A stretch of 64,000 nt of DNA from Ignavibacteriota bacterium (GTDB lineage Bacteria; Bacteroidota; Ignavibacteria; UBA10030; UBA6906), in NCBI GenBank assembly GCA_963801355.1, contig CAWDEM010000008.1, positions 1,536,001-1,600,000 of the forward strand, written 5' to 3'. Positions 37,456-47,640 of the stretch are shown piece after piece. The notes under the pieces were generated by a model. The model did not search any database and had not been told where the DNA came from. It saw only the letters and a program-made list of their open reading frames with translations. How positions within the stretch are numbered: the stretch's first letter is position 1; every line of letters starts with the position of its first letter. The translations under genes were made by a program, and so were the position numbers.

Positions 37456-38280
37456 TTACGGAAACGAGATGGTGAGACCGATGGCATGCGTGGCGCCGAG
37501 AATCCAGTGATATGCCAGCCCGTATTCCACCGCAACATCCCCCATGCGGAACGCGCACCCTCCGGAAACAACAGAGGGGTTGTCGATGATGCCCGCACGG
37601 AGAGTCATCCACTCGACGATGTCCGCCTCAACGCCACAACGGAGCTCCGGAGCAGAAAGGATCTCCTTTCCTGCAGAGACCGCAATGCGGAGATCAGGGA
37701 CCGGGGAGTACCAGACGCCGCCGGTGAGTTCCTGGGGGATCATTTCGCCCGATGTGCCGAGTGTGGATCCGGTCACGTTGGCATAGGCGCCCCCGATGGA
37801 AAGACTGGACGAACAGATGATCCGGATGCCCAGATCCATCGTGACTGCCGAACACGCACCGTAACCGTCGATTGCGAGCCGGTTGAGCTGGAACCTGCAG
37901 CCGAACTCGAGTCCGGACACGACACTCCGGCCGGCCGCGAGCCCGATCACGGTTTCATTGTAGAGGTCGTAACCGAACCGCGTGGCGGTGAGAGCCAGCC
38001 CTGTTCCTGCGACGGGCAGCAACAGTGCTCCGCCTGTGTACCGCAGTTCGCTCATTCCGAACAGCCCCGGAACATAGAAGAATCCGGCGCTATTCGAACG
38101 GCAGGCTGCCAATCCGGCCGGATTCACGAATGCCGTCCAGATAGCGGGGCCTGAGGCGACAGCCGCATTCCCGAGTGAGAGCGACTGGGGGCCCGTGGCA
38201 ACATGATCGAATGCCGCCAACGTCACCTGTTCCCGGAGGAACACTGCCAGTACGCCCGCGAAAACCGTGTGAAAAGACAT
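37456..38280 (-). CDS. PorV/PorQ-like outer membrane protein
   Basis: SLSLGNAAVA...FVNPAGLA, FGMSEL, beta strands, YHWILGATH. Confidence 0.55.
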   Translation of the reverse strand: MSFHTVFAGVLAVFLREQVTLAAFDHVATGPQSLSLGNAAVASGPAIWTAFVNPAGLAACRSNSAGFFYVPGLFGMSELRYTGGALLLPVAGTGLALTATRFGYDLYNETVIGLAAGRSVVSGLEFGCRFQLNRLAIDGYGACSAVTMDLGIRIICSSSLSIGGAYANVTGSTLGTSGEMIPQELTGGVWYSPVPDLRIAVSAGKEILSAPELRCGVEADIVEWMTLRAGIIDNPSVVSGGCAFRMGDVAVEYGLAYHWILGATHAIGLTISFP

Positions 38281-38333
38281 AGCGATCCTCCACCAGTTAC
38301 TACACGCAGACAGACGGATTTGCGATGTGAGCA

Positions 38334-38362
38334 TTGAACTGGTGGAGAATTTGCAGTATATT
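38334..38362 (+). promoter_or_regulatory. Putative sigma70 promoter
   Basis: TTGAAC-17-TATATT. Confidence 0.5.
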
Positions 38363-38394
38363 CTTCCAGTAGACTGTCAGTACAAGGAGCCATC

Positions 38395-39300
38395 ATGTCC
38401 TTCCCACATCTCGCGAGATGCGGCGCGCTCGCAGCGTTCCTGCTTGTGTGCCCGCTGCCCGCACTAACGCAACAGGTGGATTGCACGGTCAATGTGAATT
38501 ATGAAGCCGTCGCCACCTCCAATAAGGATTTGCTGCGGGATTTTGAAAACGATATTCGGAACTATGTCAACAACTACCAGTGGGGGGAAGAGCAGCTCGA
38601 TGAGAAGGTGAAATGCACCATAGATGTGTTCATCCAAAATGTCACCGGCGAGAACAGGTATATGGCTCAGGTATTCATCGGCAGTCAGCGGCCGATCTTC
38701 AACTCGAAGCAGAGTACCGCGGTCGTACGGCTGTTCGACGAGGCCTGGGAGTTTACATACCTGAAAGAGCGGCCGATCAACCACAACCCGTACAGCTACA
38801 GCGACCTCGCGAGTTTTCTCGACTTCTACATTTACCTTATCCTGGGATACGACTACGATTCATACGAGAGACTGGGCGGGAGTCCATGGTTCCAGAAGGC
38901 CTCTGATGTCGCGAGCATGGGGCGCTCGAGCAGCCAGAAGGGATGGCAACCTGTAACGTCGGGCTACAGCAGAACGCAAATGGTGACGGATATTCTCAAT
39001 CCGACGGTCAACCCCGTGCGCGCAGGCTTCTACCGGTATCACTTCAGCGGATTGGATTCACTGGCGGCCGACAGGCCGAAGGCTCAGGAACGAATCAAGG
39101 GGGCACTGGAGCAGATCGGGATGGCTAGAAAAGCGATCGACAGCCGGAACCTGATGGTCAAGAATTTCTTTGATACAAAGTATCTCGAGATCGCCGACGT
39201 GTTTCTGGACTATCCCGATCCCGCGTTTTACATCATACTCTCAAAGATTGATCCCGCACACCAGAGTACGTACGACGAGTACCGCCTCAAGAAGCGGTGA
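38395..39300 (+). CDS. DUF4835 family protein (PorD/SprD-like, T9SS-associated)
   Basis: QQVDCTVNVN, QRPIFNS, FYIYLILGYDYDSY...GG, YRYHFSGLD and FFDTKYLEI. Confidence 0.8.
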   Translation: MSFPHLARCGALAAFLLVCPLPALTQQVDCTVNVNYEAVATSNKDLLRDFENDIRNYVNNYQWGEEQLDEKVKCTIDVFIQNVTGENRYMAQVFIGSQRPIFNSKQSTAVVRLFDEAWEFTYLKERPINHNPYSYSDLASFLDFYIYLILGYDYDSYERLGGSPWFQKASDVASMGRSSSQKGWQPVTSGYSRTQMVTDILNPTVNPVRAGFYRYHFSGLDSLAADRPKAQERIKGALEQIGMARKAIDSRNLMVKNFFDTKYLEIADVFLDYPDPAFYIILSKIDPAHQSTYDEYRLKKR

Positions 39301-40408
39301 GCATTGAAAGGACCGCTGCAACCACGTGATCGGTCGTGATCATGCGGATGCAATGCGCCCCGTACCGTTCCCCCTCCGGAATACGATCCGCACAAACCCC
39401 CGCGGGGCAGGAAGGACAGTTCTCCCCGCCGCGAAGAATCCGGCACCGGTCGGATTCCGGATACACATTCCACTCGCGGTCATGAAACCGGCGGAAGAGT
39501 GCAAGCGTTCTCGCGCCTGCAGCCACGGCCAGGTGACGCGGGCCGGAGTCGTTCGACACCACCAGCGTACTCCGGGAGAACACACCTGCCAATCTCTGAA
39601 GATTTCCCTCCGTCGCCACCAGCGGCACCGCGTGACGCATGTGGGAGCGTACCTGTTGCAGGATATCTCCGTCAGCGTGCCCCCCGCACAGCAGGACAGG
39701 GATATGCAGTTCCTGCAGACGATCCACCAGAGCAGCAAATCTTTCCGGCGGCCATATCTTGTAGTCCCCGCTTGCACCCGGGTGGATGACCACCGGCGCT
39801 GCATTATCCCCGCACTGTTCTGCGATGCACTCCTTCGCCCAATCCATTGACTCGGGGCTTACAGCGAATTCCGTTGCGGTCGATACAACTTCCGCTCCAA
39901 GGGCACGGGCAAGGTCACAGTAGTACTCCAGGACGCCGCGATCGCTCTTCGCGATGTCGGGGGCCAGATTCAGGAGCCATCGGAGATTCTGGCGGCGCTG
40001 CCCTACGCGAAGTTTCGCGCCCGAGAGGTACGCCAGCACAGCAAAGCGGTCTTCAGGAAATGTGCAGATGGCGGTATCGAATTTCTGCGAACGGACCCAC
40101 CGGATAACACCCGATTCCGCACGCACACGGTGCACGCCCTTCAAAGCGCGCAGGGAACCACGGTGGAGTTCGAATACTCTGTCCACAGCGGCATTGGATG
40201 TGAGGACCCCTGCAGTTCCCCGGGGATCGGCCTTGCGAACGGGGCCGGGATCCCCGGCATCGGAGCTCTTGCCTCCGCGCCGCTGGAGGATGAGAACGGT
40301 GGTGCGGGATTCAGAAAAGGCGGATTTGAGGGCTCGCAGGGCAGGTGTGAGCAGGAGCAGGTCGCCGAGCTGCCCTTCTGCCAGAACAAGGATGTTGCAC
40401 GGGGACAT
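39287..40408 (-). CDS. Glycosyltransferase family 9 (heptosyltransferase-like)
   Basis: LGDLLLLTP, HPGAS...KIWP and SNDSGPRHLA. Confidence 0.88.
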   Translation of the reverse strand: MSPCNILVLAEGQLGDLLLLTPALRALKSAFSESRTTVLILQRRGGKSSDAGDPGPVRKADPRGTAGVLTSNAAVDRVFELHRGSLRALKGVHRVRAESGVIRWVRSQKFDTAICTFPEDRFAVLAYLSGAKLRVGQRRQNLRWLLNLAPDIAKSDRGVLEYYCDLARALGAEVVSTATEFAVSPESMDWAKECIAEQCGDNAAPVVIHPGASGDYKIWPPERFAALVDRLQELHIPVLLCGGHADGDILQQVRSHMRHAVPLVATEGNLQRLAGVFSRSTLVVSNDSGPRHLAVAAGARTLALFRRFHDREWNVYPESDRCRILRGGENCPSCPAGVCADRIPEGERYGAHCIRMITTDHVVAAVLSMLTAS

Positions 40409-40415
40409 GGGGTAC

Positions 40416-40495
40416 GGGTCTGAAGTCAGGGAAAAAAGCCTGAGGAAAAACTCAGACTTTAAAGTCAGACTTTGAAGTCAGGGAAAAAAGCCTGA
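40416..40495. repeat. Intergenic repeat related to 5082-5175
   Basis: TGAAGTCAGGGAAAAAAGCCTGA at 40421-40443 and 40473-40495 flank the palindrome GACTTTAAAGTC. Confidence 0.8.
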
Positions 40496-40514
40496 CATCA
40501 TGTTTCATCATGTT

Positions 40515-41921
40515 TTAGAAATAGGGCCGCTTCGAAAATACCGCCCCTACCTCCTCCTCAACAAACTTGCGGGCACGGGCTTCGTCCACTTCCTGCAGGT
40601 CAACAATCGTCATGACCACGCGGGGAAGCAGTCGTACGGCTTCCTTCGCGAATTCGACCATCGCGGGGAAGTAACGCGCGCCATCCAGCCGCATGAGTGC
40701 GCCATACTGCAGGGGGTCGGTGGAGTTCAGGCTGATGGAGACCGCGTCAATCAACCCCACCAGCTCCGGAACAATGTTCCGCTTGTTGATGATGTTGCCG
40801 TGACCGTCGGTGTTCACCCGCGTGCGACCACCCCGGTCTTTCACCCACCGCGCAACCTCCTTGAGCGCATCCAGTCGGATGGTCGGCTCACCGTAACCGC
40901 AGAAGACAATCTCACTATACCGCGTCGGGTCGCCTATTTCCGCGATGACTTCCTCCGCGGACGGTTCCCGGTCAATCTTCAAATTGTGACCCTTGACAAC
41001 GGCCTCCCCCTTGCGGTCACAGAAGACGCAATCCGCGTTGCATCTGATGGTGAGATTGATGTACAGAGAGTTTTTCAGCTCGTAGGTAATGCGCGGAGGA
41101 GGAACCTGACCAATGCCAAACAACCTGTAAACTCCGTAGTTGGCCGACCTGGTGATATCTTCCACTTCGAGATGCTGGAGTTCTGCAATCCGCGCGGCTA
41201 TCAAAGGAAGATGTGCAGGTTCATTGCGCTTGCCCCTGTGGGGGACGGGTGCAAGATACGGGCTGTCGGTCTCGAGAAGCTGGTGTTCTGTGGAGACCCC
41301 TGCAGCCACTTCTGCGGCTGAGCCCGGTTTTTTAAACGTGACGATTCCCGCCAGGGAAAGATAGAAACCCATTCCCACAAGCCGCCACGCCGTGGCTACG
41401 TCGCCGGGATAGCAGTGAAACACGCCGCGCGCCGGTGAAGAGCGTCCGCCGGTGCCTCGCGCGCCGTTTCTCCAGCCGGGGGACCGCTCGATCTCGCGAG
41501 CGACCATGGCGATCGTGTCATCAAGGGACTCGCGTGTGTGAACGATCACGGGCAGATTTCTGCGGGCAGCAATTTCAAGCTGCGCTGTCAGTACATCCTG
41601 CTGCACCTCGCGTGGCGAGAAGTCGTAGTGATAGTCCAGACCGATTTCGCCAATGGCTACCACTTTCGGGTGGCCGGAAAGATCTTCGATGTCACGGAGG
41701 AGGGCGGGCGTCGCATGGCGTGCTTCGTGCGGATGGATCCCCACTGCGGCATACACCATGGGATGGCGGTCGGCAAGCTCGACGGCCCGCCGGCTGTCGT
41801 CGAGGTTGGTGCCGGGGTTGATGATGAATCCCACGCCCGCGTCGCGCGCGCGCTCGAGCACGGCCTCCCGGTCAGTGTCGAACTCGGTTGACGTCAGGTG
41901 TGCGTGCGTGTCAATGAACAT
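40515..41921 (-). CDS. TatD nuclease fused to TatD-associated radical SAM domain
   Basis: DTHAH, GIHPH, GEIGLDY, ETDSPYLAP and RGKRNEP; then LYINLTIRCNADCVFC and VFCGYGEP. Confidence 0.9.
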   Translation of the reverse strand: MFIDTHAHLTSTEFDTDREAVLERARDAGVGFIINPGTNLDDSRRAVELADRHPMVYAAVGIHPHEARHATPALLRDIEDLSGHPKVVAIGEIGLDYHYDFSPREVQQDVLTAQLEIAARRNLPVIVHTRESLDDTIAMVAREIERSPGWRNGARGTGGRSSPARGVFHCYPGDVATAWRLVGMGFYLSLAGIVTFKKPGSAAEVAAGVSTEHQLLETDSPYLAPVPHRGKRNEPAHLPLIAARIAELQHLEVEDITRSANYGVYRLFGIGQVPPPRITYELKNSLYINLTIRCNADCVFCDRKGEAVVKGHNLKIDREPSAEEVIAEIGDPTRYSEIVFCGYGEPTIRLDALKEVARWVKDRGGRTRVNTDGHGNIINKRNIVPELVGLIDAVSISLNSTDPLQYGALMRLDGARYFPAMVEFAKEAVRLLPRVVMTIVDLQEVDEARARKFVEEEVGAVFSKRPYF

Positions 41922-41942
41922 GCATGTGTTCCGTTCAGTCCC

Positions 41943-44021
41943 TTACTTCACGATGCTGCCGCTGGGGATATCACCCGCAGGAGTCAGGATGAGAAGATGC
42001 CCGGCAGTATCCGACGCCGCGAGAAGCATCCCCTGCGACTCCTGCCCCATCAATTTTGCCGGCTGCAGATTGAACACCATCACGATCGACTTTCCGATCA
42101 GCGATTCGGGGGCGTAGTGCTGTGCGATGCCCGCGATGATCTGCCGGCGTTCGGTGCCGACTTCAACCTGGAGTTTCAGGAGTTTCTCCGACTTCTGGAC
42201 TTTTTCCGCCGCGACGATGGTTGCAACGCGCAGGTCCAGCCTGGCAAAATCATCGTAGGTGACTGCCGGCTTCGCCGGTGGCGGAGGCGGCACCGCGGCC
42301 GCGGGGGCCGGTGCGGCGGGAGTTCTCAGAGACTTCAATTCCTCTTCGATCGTTGTATCCTCGATTTTTGTAAAAAGGATCTCCGCCTTGCCAATCGGAT
42401 GGCCGCTGTGCAGGGCCAGATCCGACGCGCTTTGCCACGATTGGTCTTCAACCCTGCCCGGGAGCTGCAGCATCGCCCACAGTTGTCCGGAGGAGTGCGG
42501 TACCACCGGGTACATCAGGATTGCCAGTGCCCTGGTCACCTGCAGACAGAGATTGATGGTTGTTCCGCAGCGGGCCGGATCGGACTTTGCAGTCTTCCAG
42601 GGTTCGCTATCGTTGAAATACTTGTTCGCCGCACGCGCGAGATTCATCACCTCCGTAATGGCGTCACGGAAGCGGTACTGGTCGAAGCATGCAGCGGATG
42701 CCGGGGGGGTCCGGCGGAGCACGGCGAGGATGGTGTCGTCCAGGGAGTTGAGTTCTCCGCGGGCCGGGACGGAGTTCCCGAACGTGCGGCCGCAGAACGC
42801 CAGCGTGCGATTGACAAAATTCCCGTAAATATCCGCAAGCTCGCTGTTGTTCTTCGCCTGGAATTCCTTCCAGAAGAAATCCGAGTCATGGGATTCCGGG
42901 AGAGTCATTCCCAGATAATACCGCAAGGGGTCGGCCGGGTAACGCGACAGGAAGTCCTCCACGTCGATGCCCCATCCCCTGCTCTTCGAAAACTTCTGTC
43001 CCTCGAAATTCAGGAACTCATTCGCGGGGACATTGTCCGGCAGGACGTATTTCTCGTCGTGCACGTCATTCCACGCCATCAGCATGGCAGGAAAGACGAT
43101 GCAATGGAAGACGATATTGTCTTTGCCGATGAATGCCACGTACTTCGTGTCGGGTGCAAGCCAGTACCGGCGCCACTCATCCGGCGTCCCCCGCAGCAAG
43201 GCCCATTCCTTCCCGGACGAAATGTAGCCGAGGACTGCATCGAACCAGACATAGAGGACTTTGTTTTCGTAACCTTCCAGCGGGACCTTCACACCCCAGT
43301 CCAGATCGCGCGTCACAGCGCGGTCCTGAAGGCCGGTGGCGAACCATCCGCGGCAATAGTTCAGCACATTCTCCCGCCATGTTTCGACGCTGCTTTTCTT
43401 GCGGATATACGCTTCAAGGCGTGCCTGGTATTCGCCGAGGGGGAAGTACCAGTGTGTCGTCTGGCGGACTTCCGGGGTTTCCCCGGTGATTTTGCTGCGG
43501 GGCGCGATCAGCTGCAGCGGGCTGAGGTACGTGCCGCATTTCTCGCACTGATCGCCGCGGGCATCGGGATTGCCGCAGACGGGGCAGATCCCCTCGACGT
43601 ACCGGTCAGGAAGGAACTTGCGCGCCTTTGCATCGAAAAATTGCTGCTCCTGTTTTTCACGGAGTATCCCGCGGTCGTGAAAGTCGGTGAAGAATTCCCG
43701 GGCAGTGTCGTGGTGCAGCGGCAGTGACGTGCGCGAATAATTGTCGAAACTCATACCGAACCGCTCGAAGGCCGCTTTGTTGCGCTGATGGAAGCGGTCC
43801 ACGACCGTCTGGGGAGAGACGCCTTCCTTGTCGGCCGTAATGGTGATGGGGACGCCGTGCTCGTCCGACCCGCAGAGAAACAGCACATCCCGATGCTGCA
43901 TGCGCTGGAAGCGGACATACAGGTCCGCCGGAAGATACGCTCCGGCCAGGTGGCCGAGATGGATCGGTCCGTTCGCGTACGGCAGTGCCGCAGTGACCAG
44001 GATCCGCTTGTGTTGACTCAT
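41943..44021 (-). CDS. metG: Methionine--tRNA ligase with C-terminal tRNA-binding domain
   Basis: ALPYANGPIHLGH, YVWFDA, KFSKS and ESQGMLLAA. Confidence 0.97.
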   Translation of the reverse strand: MSQHKRILVTAALPYANGPIHLGHLAGAYLPADLYVRFQRMQHRDVLFLCGSDEHGVPITITADKEGVSPQTVVDRFHQRNKAAFERFGMSFDNYSRTSLPLHHDTAREFFTDFHDRGILREKQEQQFFDAKARKFLPDRYVEGICPVCGNPDARGDQCEKCGTYLSPLQLIAPRSKITGETPEVRQTTHWYFPLGEYQARLEAYIRKKSSVETWRENVLNYCRGWFATGLQDRAVTRDLDWGVKVPLEGYENKVLYVWFDAVLGYISSGKEWALLRGTPDEWRRYWLAPDTKYVAFIGKDNIVFHCIVFPAMLMAWNDVHDEKYVLPDNVPANEFLNFEGQKFSKSRGWGIDVEDFLSRYPADPLRYYLGMTLPESHDSDFFWKEFQAKNNSELADIYGNFVNRTLAFCGRTFGNSVPARGELNSLDDTILAVLRRTPPASAACFDQYRFRDAITEVMNLARAANKYFNDSEPWKTAKSDPARCGTTINLCLQVTRALAILMYPVVPHSSGQLWAMLQLPGRVEDQSWQSASDLALHSGHPIGKAEILFTKIEDTTIEEELKSLRTPAAPAPAAAVPPPPPAKPAVTYDDFARLDLRVATIVAAEKVQKSEKLLKLQVEVGTERRQIIAGIAQHYAPESLIGKSIVMVFNLQPAKLMGQESQGMLLAASDTAGHLLILTPAGDIPSGSIVK

Positions 44022-44028
44022 GAGCGAC

Positions 44029-45159
44029 TCACAGGATATGTGTTTTCAACCTCCCGGCAAGTGCATACAAAACGAGAGTAATGTACACATTTCTGTCTAC
44101 AAGGGAAATCGCGTACTCGAGGTCCGCCATCACCGCGCCCAGGTTGGCGCGGGGGAACCTGGCGACAAACTTTTCGAGGCGATCGGACTGGTCGAGATTG
44201 ATCACCGACCCGCCGCGCCCCATGACCATCGCATCCCGGATCCAGATCAGCGTCAGGTGAAGAAATCGCACCACGCGGTCGCGATCGCGCCCTGCGGTGA
44301 TCCGCTCGATGATTTCACCCACATCGATGTGCCGGTGGCCCAGGGTATTGCTGATGAAGTCGACCACATCGATGCGTTCCTGCACCAGATCCTTCTCGAG
44401 GAGTTCGAGCGCCCAACTGTAGCTGCCGTCCGACAAACGGGCAACCAGCCGTGCCTGCGCCGCGTCGACGTGCTTTCGTTCCATCAGTGCGGCCTGGATC
44501 TGCGGCTCCGTGATGGGGTCGAAGCGCACCTGCTGGCAACGTGAGACGATGGTCTGGAGTAATGCTTCGCGGCGCGCTGTGGTAAGGATGAACATAGTTT
44601 GCGGCGGCGGCTCCTCGAGAGTCTTGAGTAGCATATTCGCCGGAGCCGGACCCATTTCATCCGCGTTGGAGATCACGTAGACGCGCCGGAGTCCATCCGG
44701 TGATGAGAGCGGGACTTCTCGCCGGATATCGCGGATACTGTTGATCTTGATGCCGCTGGCGCGCGGGATGGAAATTGCGAAATAGGGGTCAGCCCCCTTC
44801 CGGACGAGCTGCGCGCGGATCTCCTCCAGGTCATCGGACGTCAGTTTCTCCAACGGTCCATCATCGCTGTCTTCATTCTTCCCTACCGGCAGGGCCATCA
44901 CGAAACGGACGTCAGGGTGCTGCAGCGAATCCATCCTGGCGCATGACCTGCAGGTGCCACAGGCGGTATCGCCGCCCCTTTCGCAATGGATCAAGCGGGC
45001 GAGTTCCAGAGCCGTGGCATCTTTCCCGACTCCTTCCGGGCCATAGAAGAGGTAGGCATGGGCGAGACGTCCGCTCCGCACGGCGCTGAGAAGCAAGGTC
45101 TTGACGCGTGCCTGACCGATAACCCGTGGCCACAATGCGGAGGAAGTGTCAGAAGGCAT
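44029..45159 (-). CDS. holB: DNA polymerase III subunit delta'
   Basis: HAYLFYGPEGVGK, CGTCRSC, HPDV, LLKTLEEP and TIVSRCQ. Confidence 0.9.
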   Translation of the reverse strand: MPSDTSSALWPRVIGQARVKTLLLSAVRSGRLAHAYLFYGPEGVGKDATALELARLIHCERGGDTACGTCRSCARMDSLQHPDVRFVMALPVGKNEDSDDGPLEKLTSDDLEEIRAQLVRKGADPYFAISIPRASGIKINSIRDIRREVPLSSPDGLRRVYVISNADEMGPAPANMLLKTLEEPPPQTMFILTTARREALLQTIVSRCQQVRFDPITEPQIQAALMERKHVDAAQARLVARLSDGSYSWALELLEKDLVQERIDVVDFISNTLGHRHIDVGEIIERITAGRDRDRVVRFLHLTLIWIRDAMVMGRGGSVINLDQSDRLEKFVARFPRANLGAVMADLEYAISLVDRNVYITLVLYALAGRLKTHIL

Positions 45160-47326
45160 GGCCGATCCCGAAATGGAACACCCCGTCGCTGAAGGTCTCG
45201 CCGATCAGCCGGCGCTGCGTGATCCATTGATGTCCGCTGGCTTCCGCGGGATTGTAGATGCGAATGCCCCAGTCAAGGCGGAAGGGACCGAACGGCGTTT
45301 CGTAGCGGATGCCTATTCCCGTGGCCATTGCCACCGATTTGAAGCGGAAGTCCTTCAGATCACCCCAGACGTTGCCGACATCCAGGAACGTCACGATCCA
45401 CATTTTGTCGAGGAGGCCGTCACGCAGGCTCTGCAGCACATTGATCCGCGCTTCGAGGCTGGCTTCGAGAGAGAGATTCCCGCCCAGTTCCGGAGTGCCG
45501 GAGGCAATGAGGTCGCGGGACGCCCATCCCCTGATACTGTTGCCTCCTCCGGCATAGAAGCGGTGGGTCTGGGGAATATTCCGGCTGGAATCGCCGCGGC
45601 TCTCGCCGTATTTCTCTTCGATACCTGCTTTGAGTTTGCTGGCGAGGATCAGGAAGCGGTGATCGGACCGGTCGGCATACCATCTCCCGACGACCATGGC
45701 GCGAACGAACTGCGTGAACGGAAGGGTCGAAAAGAGATTGCGCATCGCGAGCGGGAGCGCTCCGGCTTCTTCAATGGTGGCCGCATGCACAAATCCTTCC
45801 GTGGGCGAAAAAAGGTCATTCGTCTTGTCGCGCGTAAGTGTAAACGACAGGATCGAGTTGAACTGCCGCTCTTGCAGGTAACTCAGTTGCCGTCTGATTT
45901 CGGGGTTTTCCTGGAACGCCAGGAAATTGTCATTCTTCCGCAGATCGATATTCTCGAGTGTCCATTCCAGGACGCCGCTGGTGAACTCCGCATATCTTCC
46001 CGTGAATCCCAGTCTGTTCCTGAAGATGTACTGGAGGTACGGCTTCTGTTTGTCGAGGATATAGGAAAATGACCATGTGCCCTTGACACGGTTGGTGAAG
46101 ACGTATGGCTGCACCAACTCGAAGGTCAGGTCCAGGTTGGACACCGCCTTGTCGTCGACCTTGAAGTAGTCGGGGAACCTGCCGATGGTCTGGGTCTGGA
46201 ACCGGATGCGGGGATTGAACATCCGGGCTCCGCCGAAGAAGTTCCTGTTGGTGTAGCCGAGGCCCGCGCCGATATTGAACGCGCCGTCCTGATCGCTGAC
46301 CAGCAGTTCCGGGGCCAGTTCGTGCTTGTTGCGGGGGCGGATGGTCACACGAGTGGGCACGACGATCGAGGAATCAGCGGGCGCCGGGACGAACGTCTCG
46401 ATGCGGCGGAGATCAAAAATCCCGAGGCTGTTCAGACTGTGTTCACTGCTGATCCGGCTGGCCAGGCTGTAAAAATCTCCGGGCTCATAGTCCATCTGTC
46501 GCACGACGATTTCGTCGGTGATATCCACGTGTTCCTGTTCACCGCGAAGGGAGTCGATCTCCTGCCGCACGGTAATCGGACCGAAGACATAGCGGCGGCC
46601 GGGATGGAACAGGAGGCGGATGATGTAGTTCTTCGTGCTGACATACCGCCGTGAGTACGAACTGTCCGGGTCACGGACGAACTCGGCGTTGGGAAATCCA
46701 TTGTTCGCGAAGACCGTCAGGACGCGCCGGACCTCGTCATCCACGAGTTGTGTGTTGAACGGATCGCCGGCATAGATGAGCGGGCCGCTGCGGATGTCCT
46801 CCCACACGGTTTCCGGGAAGTCCACGATCCCCTTGTACATCACCTGCTGGATAATCGACCGGTACCCCTCCGTGATGCGGATGGTGAGGTCGACCGTTCC
46901 CTTTTCGCGGTCGAACAGCATTGCCGTATCGACGCGCACTTCCGAGAATCCCCGGTTCTCGAAAAACTTGCGCAGCCGTTCGGCATCGCCGGAGAACATG
47001 ACCGCACTAAAAAACTCGTCCTTGCGGCCAAGCCGTTCACTGATGTTGCGGTAGAGGAACTTGTTGAAGGATCCGGGGGTTTCCCGGGTGGTCATCTGCG
47101 CCCGGAGTTCACTTGTGGTGAACGTTGAGGAGCCTTCGAAGGTGATCGAGGTGATTTCGAATTGGGCCGGCGGCGCGGGCTGCGCGTGCAGGGATGCTGC
47201 CGCCAGGATGATGGCGACGAGGGTGGCTTCCCGCGGTCCGCGCCGGCGGACACGGTGAAGCAGAAAGCGGATCGCGTTAGGGACGCACACGAGCCCGGAA
47301 TGAAGAGTGATGGTATGGTGAAGCAA
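45149..47326 (-). CDS. BamA/TamA (Omp85) family protein; true start probably somewhat downstream
   Basis: POTRA repeats; RFYAGGGNSIRGW, FLDVGNVW, TPFGPFRLD and GIGHAF. Confidence 0.9.
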   Translation of the reverse strand: MLHHTITLHSGLVCVPNAIRFLLHRVRRRGPREATLVAIILAAASLHAQPAPPAQFEITSITFEGSSTFTTSELRAQMTTRETPGSFNKFLYRNISERLGRKDEFFSAVMFSGDAERLRKFFENRGFSEVRVDTAMLFDREKGTVDLTIRITEGYRSIIQQVMYKGIVDFPETVWEDIRSGPLIYAGDPFNTQLVDDEVRRVLTVFANNGFPNAEFVRDPDSSYSRRYVSTKNYIIRLLFHPGRRYVFGPITVRQEIDSLRGEQEHVDITDEIVVRQMDYEPGDFYSLASRISSEHSLNSLGIFDLRRIETFVPAPADSSIVVPTRVTIRPRNKHELAPELLVSDQDGAFNIGAGLGYTNRNFFGGARMFNPRIRFQTQTIGRFPDYFKVDDKAVSNLDLTFELVQPYVFTNRVKGTWSFSYILDKQKPYLQYIFRNRLGFTGRYAEFTSGVLEWTLENIDLRKNDNFLAFQENPEIRRQLSYLQERQFNSILSFTLTRDKTNDLFSPTEGFVHAATIEEAGALPLAMRNLFSTLPFTQFVRAMVVGRWYADRSDHRFLILASKLKAGIEEKYGESRGDSSRNIPQTHRFYAGGGNSIRGWASRDLIASGTPELGGNLSLEASLEARINVLQSLRDGLLDKMWIVTFLDVGNVWGDLKDFRFKSVAMATGIGIRYETPFGPFRLDWGIRIYNPAEASGHQWITQRRLIGETFSDGVFHFGIGHAF

Positions 47327-47351
47327 AAAACCCAGCCTGAGGGCTGGGTTT
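47325..47351 (-). terminator. Rho-independent terminator after the DUF2795 gene
   Basis: AAACCCAGCC-CTCA-GGCTGGGTTTTTT on the minus strand. Confidence 0.8.
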
Positions 47352-47394
47352 GTATACTAACAAATTCCGATATGATAAGCAACGGCGCGGGTAT

Positions 47395-47619
47395 TCAGTA
47401 TTCGCCTTCATCTTCATAGAAGAAATCTTCCCCGGTGGGATAGTCGGGCCAGATGTCCTCCATACTCTCGTAGGGTTCTTCCCCGTCTTCAAGCTCTTGC
47501 AAGTTATCGACGACCTCGATAGGCGCGCCGGTGCGGATGGCATAGTCGATGAGCTCCTCTTTGGTCGCCGGCCACGGGGCGTCGTCCAAGTAGGATGCCA
47601 GCTCCATCGTCCATATCAC
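47395..47619 (-). CDS. DUF2795 family protein
   Basis: WTMELASYLDDAPWPATKEELIDYAIRTGAP...IWPDYP. Confidence 0.88.
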   Translation of the reverse strand: MIWTMELASYLDDAPWPATKEELIDYAIRTGAPIEVVDNLQELEDGEEPYESMEDIWPDYPTGEDFFYEDEGEY

Positions 47620-47640
47620 GTGATCACCTCTTGAATATCA

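Noticed and set aside
41898-43727. 609-aa plus-strand ORF
   Set aside because: Antisense shadow of metG, expected from GC-rich codon bias; no motifs.
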